Assembly (NCBI GenBank): GCA_963760795.1 | Contig: CAVXEP010000012.1 | Coordinates: 320,001 to 384,000 of the forward strand | Origin: an uncultured delta proteobacterium | Lineage (GTDB): Bacteria; Desulfobacterota; Binatia; UBA9968 | Direction of reading: 5' to 3' | DNA length: 64,000 bases | Shown here: in pieces, positions 61,505 through 64,000 of the stretch | Numbering within the stretch: the stretch's first letter is position 1 | Layout: every line of letters begins with the position of its first letter | Program-made: the position numbers and the translations under genes | Notes under the pieces: generated by a model | What the model was told of the DNA's origin: nothing | The model's database searches: none | What the model saw: the letters and a program-made list of their open reading frames with translations, nothing else

Positions 61505-61855
61505 CTATGACATTGTCTGGCGCGGGAATTCAGTCGTTGAAGAAACCGTGGAGTTAAGTTGCGCCTTTTCCGTTTCTAGTTCGTGGACCCGCTGTTCCAG
61601 ATCGGCTACCCTATGTTTGGTTTTTTTCATCGCGCGATCTTTTCCATAGATGGTCAGCGTCGAAGAAACCGACCTGGCAAAATAGAGAATTCCTGCCATG
61701 AAGAGTCCAACCAACACCGACCCGACGATAACCAGGTACAAGGGGACATCATTCCAGACATATTCATTGAGCCGGATCGTAACCGGGCTAATGTTTTGCA
61801 TTCCAAAGTAAGCGATCGCGATCCCGGAAATCACCGCAACAAGTAATACCAACAT
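61505..61855 (-). CDS. LapA/DUF1049-family membrane protein
   Basis: FGMQNISPVTI...VPLYLVIVGS followed by a coiled-coil tail. GGAGG RBS. Confidence 0.75.
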   Translation of the reverse strand: MLVLLVAVISGIAIAYFGMQNISPVTIRLNEYVWNDVPLYLVIVGSVLVGLFMAGILYFARSVSSTLTIYGKDRAMKKTKHRVADLEQRVHELETEKAQLNSTVSSTTEFPRQTMS

Positions 61856-61954
61856 ATGTTTATCCTCCTCTGTCTTGCGCCAACCGAACTCTCAGCTTGA
61901 ATCACCAGAGTACTCCATCGATATTCATCCTGCGCTCCGTTCGGCGAGAGTCTT

Positions 61955-62347
61955 TCAGAGTTCGTGAATGGTATTCAGCAGCTCCTGCAGATCTACGGGT
62001 TTGGTTAAGTAAGCAAAGGCGCCTTTGCCGAACGCTTGGCTTCGGGTTTCACTGGTCGGATAGGCTGTCATCATGATGACGGTCATTTCCGGCCGGCGCT
62101 GCTTTATTTCACCCAGAAGCGATAGTCCACTCACCGGACCCATTCTGATATCAAGCAACGCCAAGTCGGGAGAGGTTTTTTCGACAAGCTGCAACGCTTC
62201 GTCGCCGTTCAGGGCCGTTTGCACCTCGTACCCCCTCTTGGACAAAAACCAATCCAAAAGATTCACGAAGTTTTGCTCATCATCAACAACCAACACAGAT
62301 TTGACCATCGTTTTTTCCGTACTTACGGCGGTCCATAAGTTTTCCAT
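61955..62347 (-). CDS. Single-domain response regulator
   Basis: SVLVVDDE, DLALLDIRM, VIMMTAY and YLTKPVD. Confidence 0.88.
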   Translation of the reverse strand: MENLWTAVSTEKTMVKSVLVVDDEQNFVNLLDWFLSKRGYEVQTALNGDEALQLVEKTSPDLALLDIRMGPVSGLSLLGEIKQRRPEMTVIMMTAYPTSETRSQAFGKGAFAYLTKPVDLQELLNTIHEL

Positions 62348-62420
62348 AACCCCACCCATCCTAGAAGCGCAAATCGCCTCCTCTTCTCAGCGCTACGCTC
62401 CTTTTACTGAAGCAGACTTA

Positions 62421-62436
62421 AGCAGAAAGCATTCCA
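62421..62436 (-). promoter_or_regulatory. Sigma54 promoter (TGGAATGCTTTCTGCT)
   Basis: GG-N10-GC upstream of the receiver-lapA unit. Confidence 0.62.
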
Positions 62437-62527
62437 ACCTTCGAGTTTCTTAAACGTTATTGAATTTAAGGGGTTTTCTCACCACTTATCGTTAAAGCGA
62501 ATTTATTAAGAAGTCGTTTCCCCTATT

Positions 62528-62547
62528 GTGAAAGAATTTTCCAGACA
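62528..62547 (-). promoter_or_regulatory. Candidate enhancer (TGTCTGGAAAATTCTTTCAC)
   Basis: 111 bp upstream of the TGG. Confidence 0.6.
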
Positions 62548-62812
62548 ACGTGATGCGTTAAATAAGCTTTCCTGGGCAGGTATTTGATTCTCCCTAAACG
62601 CACGGCGAGGTTTGCTGATGCGTCAGCTGAAACAGATACCGCATGGAACTTCCCTTTCAGTCGAAAGACGCGCAAGAAATCCGCTGCGAATGCGGAATCG
62701 ATCGCAACAGTTGCCAAGCACGGCTTGCAAGAGTCGGTTAGCCGATCATTTCATTGTCGTATCCCTGGATAGCGCTGAAATCGCGAGGACAGCGGAAAAT
62801 CCCGCTCCTGTC

Positions 62813-62832
62813 GGTATGAAAAACTCTTTCAC
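62813..62832 (+). promoter_or_regulatory. Candidate enhancer (GGTATGAAAAACTCTTTCAC)
   Basis: 16/20 identical to the 62528 site and 90 bp upstream of the mlaC sigma54 promoter. Confidence 0.5.
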
Positions 62833-62902
62833 GATTTCGCCCCACCCACACCGTTAATTACAAAAATGCTTTAAGTTCAGGCTCATCCAGCCATGCGGCT
62901 GT

Positions 62903-62918
62903 TGGCATCTCGCTTGCT
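62903..62918 (+). promoter_or_regulatory. Sigma54 promoter (TGGCATCTCGCTTGCT)
   Basis: Near-consensus GG-N10-GC upstream of mlaC. Confidence 0.78.
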
Positions 62919-62981
62919 CACCTGACCGGGCGAAGATGAACAATCGGTTTAAACTTTGTTATTAGCTGAGGAGACGCACAA

Positions 62982-63596
62982 ATGAAGTCCTATTCCACGC
63001 ACAAACGCTGGCTGTTTTTAGTTGGAGTCATCTATCTGTTCATCGCTCTACCGCTAAGCGCCGGAGTGCCGAGCGATCAGACGCGGGCCACCATCGAAAA
63101 GGTTCTGTCGATTCTCAAAGACCCAGCCGCTAAATCAGAGCGACGCGAACGATTGCGACAAGTCATCTACCCAAGTTTCGACTTTGCCGAAATGGCCAAA
63201 CGTTCTCTCGGAACCCACTGGCAACGGCGCAACCCGGCTGAACAGCAGGAATTCGTCAAGCTCTTCACGGATCTTGTCGAATCATCCTATGTCGACGCGA
63301 TCGAGTCCTATAATGGTGAAAAAGTTGTGGTCTCAAATGAGAAGCAGGACAAAGAATTCGCGGAAGTAAATACCAAGATCGTGACAAAAAAAGGCGAAGA
63401 ATTTGCCATCGATTATAAACTTCACCAGATCAGCGGCAGCTGGAAAATTTACGACGCCGTGATTGAAAATGTCAGCCTGGTCAACAACTACCGTTCCCAA
63501 TTCAACCGCGTTATCGCTAAGTCTTCCTACGAAGATCTCTTGAGTAAAATGAAAGATAAGCAGTTCGAAACACCGGGGAAAAAGGTAAAAACATAA
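62982..63596 (+). CDS. mlaC: MlaC/Ttg2D phospholipid-binding periplasmic protein
   Basis: FDFAEMAKRSLGTHW and WKIYDAVIENVSLVNNYRSQF. GAGGAG RBS. Confidence 0.9.
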   Translation: MKSYSTHKRWLFLVGVIYLFIALPLSAGVPSDQTRATIEKVLSILKDPAAKSERRERLRQVIYPSFDFAEMAKRSLGTHWQRRNPAEQQEFVKLFTDLVESSYVDAIESYNGEKVVVSNEKQDKEFAEVNTKIVTKKGEEFAIDYKLHQISGSWKIYDAVIENVSLVNNYRSQFNRVIAKSSYEDLLSKMKDKQFETPGKKVKT

Positions 63597-63638
63597 ATCC
63601 GCGCATTGATTCTGTAAACCGAATAAGGAGGTTGTCTT

Positions 63639-64000
63639 ATAAAAAAGTTTGCACCCAAATACTTGGTTGTTGGATCAGTGATCGCTTCCTTGGCCGGATT
63701 AACCGTAAGGGTAACCGGCGCGCAGGAAAGACCGGCACTGCAACAACCCAGAGAGCAAACCGAAATCGGTGACAAAGAACTTAAAGCCTTTGCCAAGAGC
63801 TCCATAAGATTCGCGCTGAGTACGAACCGGCGCTAAACACGGCTCGCGATCCGCAAGAGCAGGGAAAGATCGAGCAGGATGCTCTAGAAAAGTTTGACAA
63901 GGCCGTGCAGAAACAGGGCCTCACGCTGGAAAGCTATTTCCGGATGTATCAAAGCGTCAACGCGAACGAACAGATTCGCGCGAAGGTCCTCAAGTTAATC
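63639..64000 (+). pseudogene. DUF4168-like exported protein, disrupted (ATA start, frameshift ~63800), runs off the right edge
   Basis: Strong AAGGAGGT RBS followed by ATA. DKELKAFAKS continues in another frame as HKIRAEYEPAL...GLTLESY. Confidence 0.6.

Overview
Bacterial, GC-rich, diderm-type window. No rRNA, tRNA, CRISPR array or intact transposase was seen. The left 45 kb is one almost entirely minus-strand envelope/transport island. It contains an RND pump, an OprD-type porin, a TRIC-family channel, aspT-aspD-aspT plus a 913-aa Orn/Lys/Arg decarboxylase, two DUF3300-DUF2950 pairs, AI-2E, MscS, SulP, an amino-acid binding protein, pqiA-pqiA-pqiB-pqiC, an OprB porin and SYLF/DUF4410 proteins. 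It ends in a FixL/FixJ-like two-component locus. The strongest signal is an 18-bp palindrome (ATTGGAC-YTTR-GTCCAAT) found six times, plus one decayed copy. Every copy is intergenic, co-oriented and upstream of the island's transcription units, including one inside the two-component locus, which makes this a candidate uncharacterised regulon. The right 19 kb holds an AraC regulator, a stand-alone NRPS A-T protein, an otsB lacking its nucleophile Asp, a GlrR-like sigma54 activator, a poly-HAMP hybrid kinase and mlaC. It also has four sigma54 promoters sharing an upstream motif, at exactly 111 bp in three of them. Many gene relics, single-base frameshifts (possibly assembly errors) and several small repeat/MITE families are interspersed. 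All family assignments come from motif recognition by eye, not from database searches.
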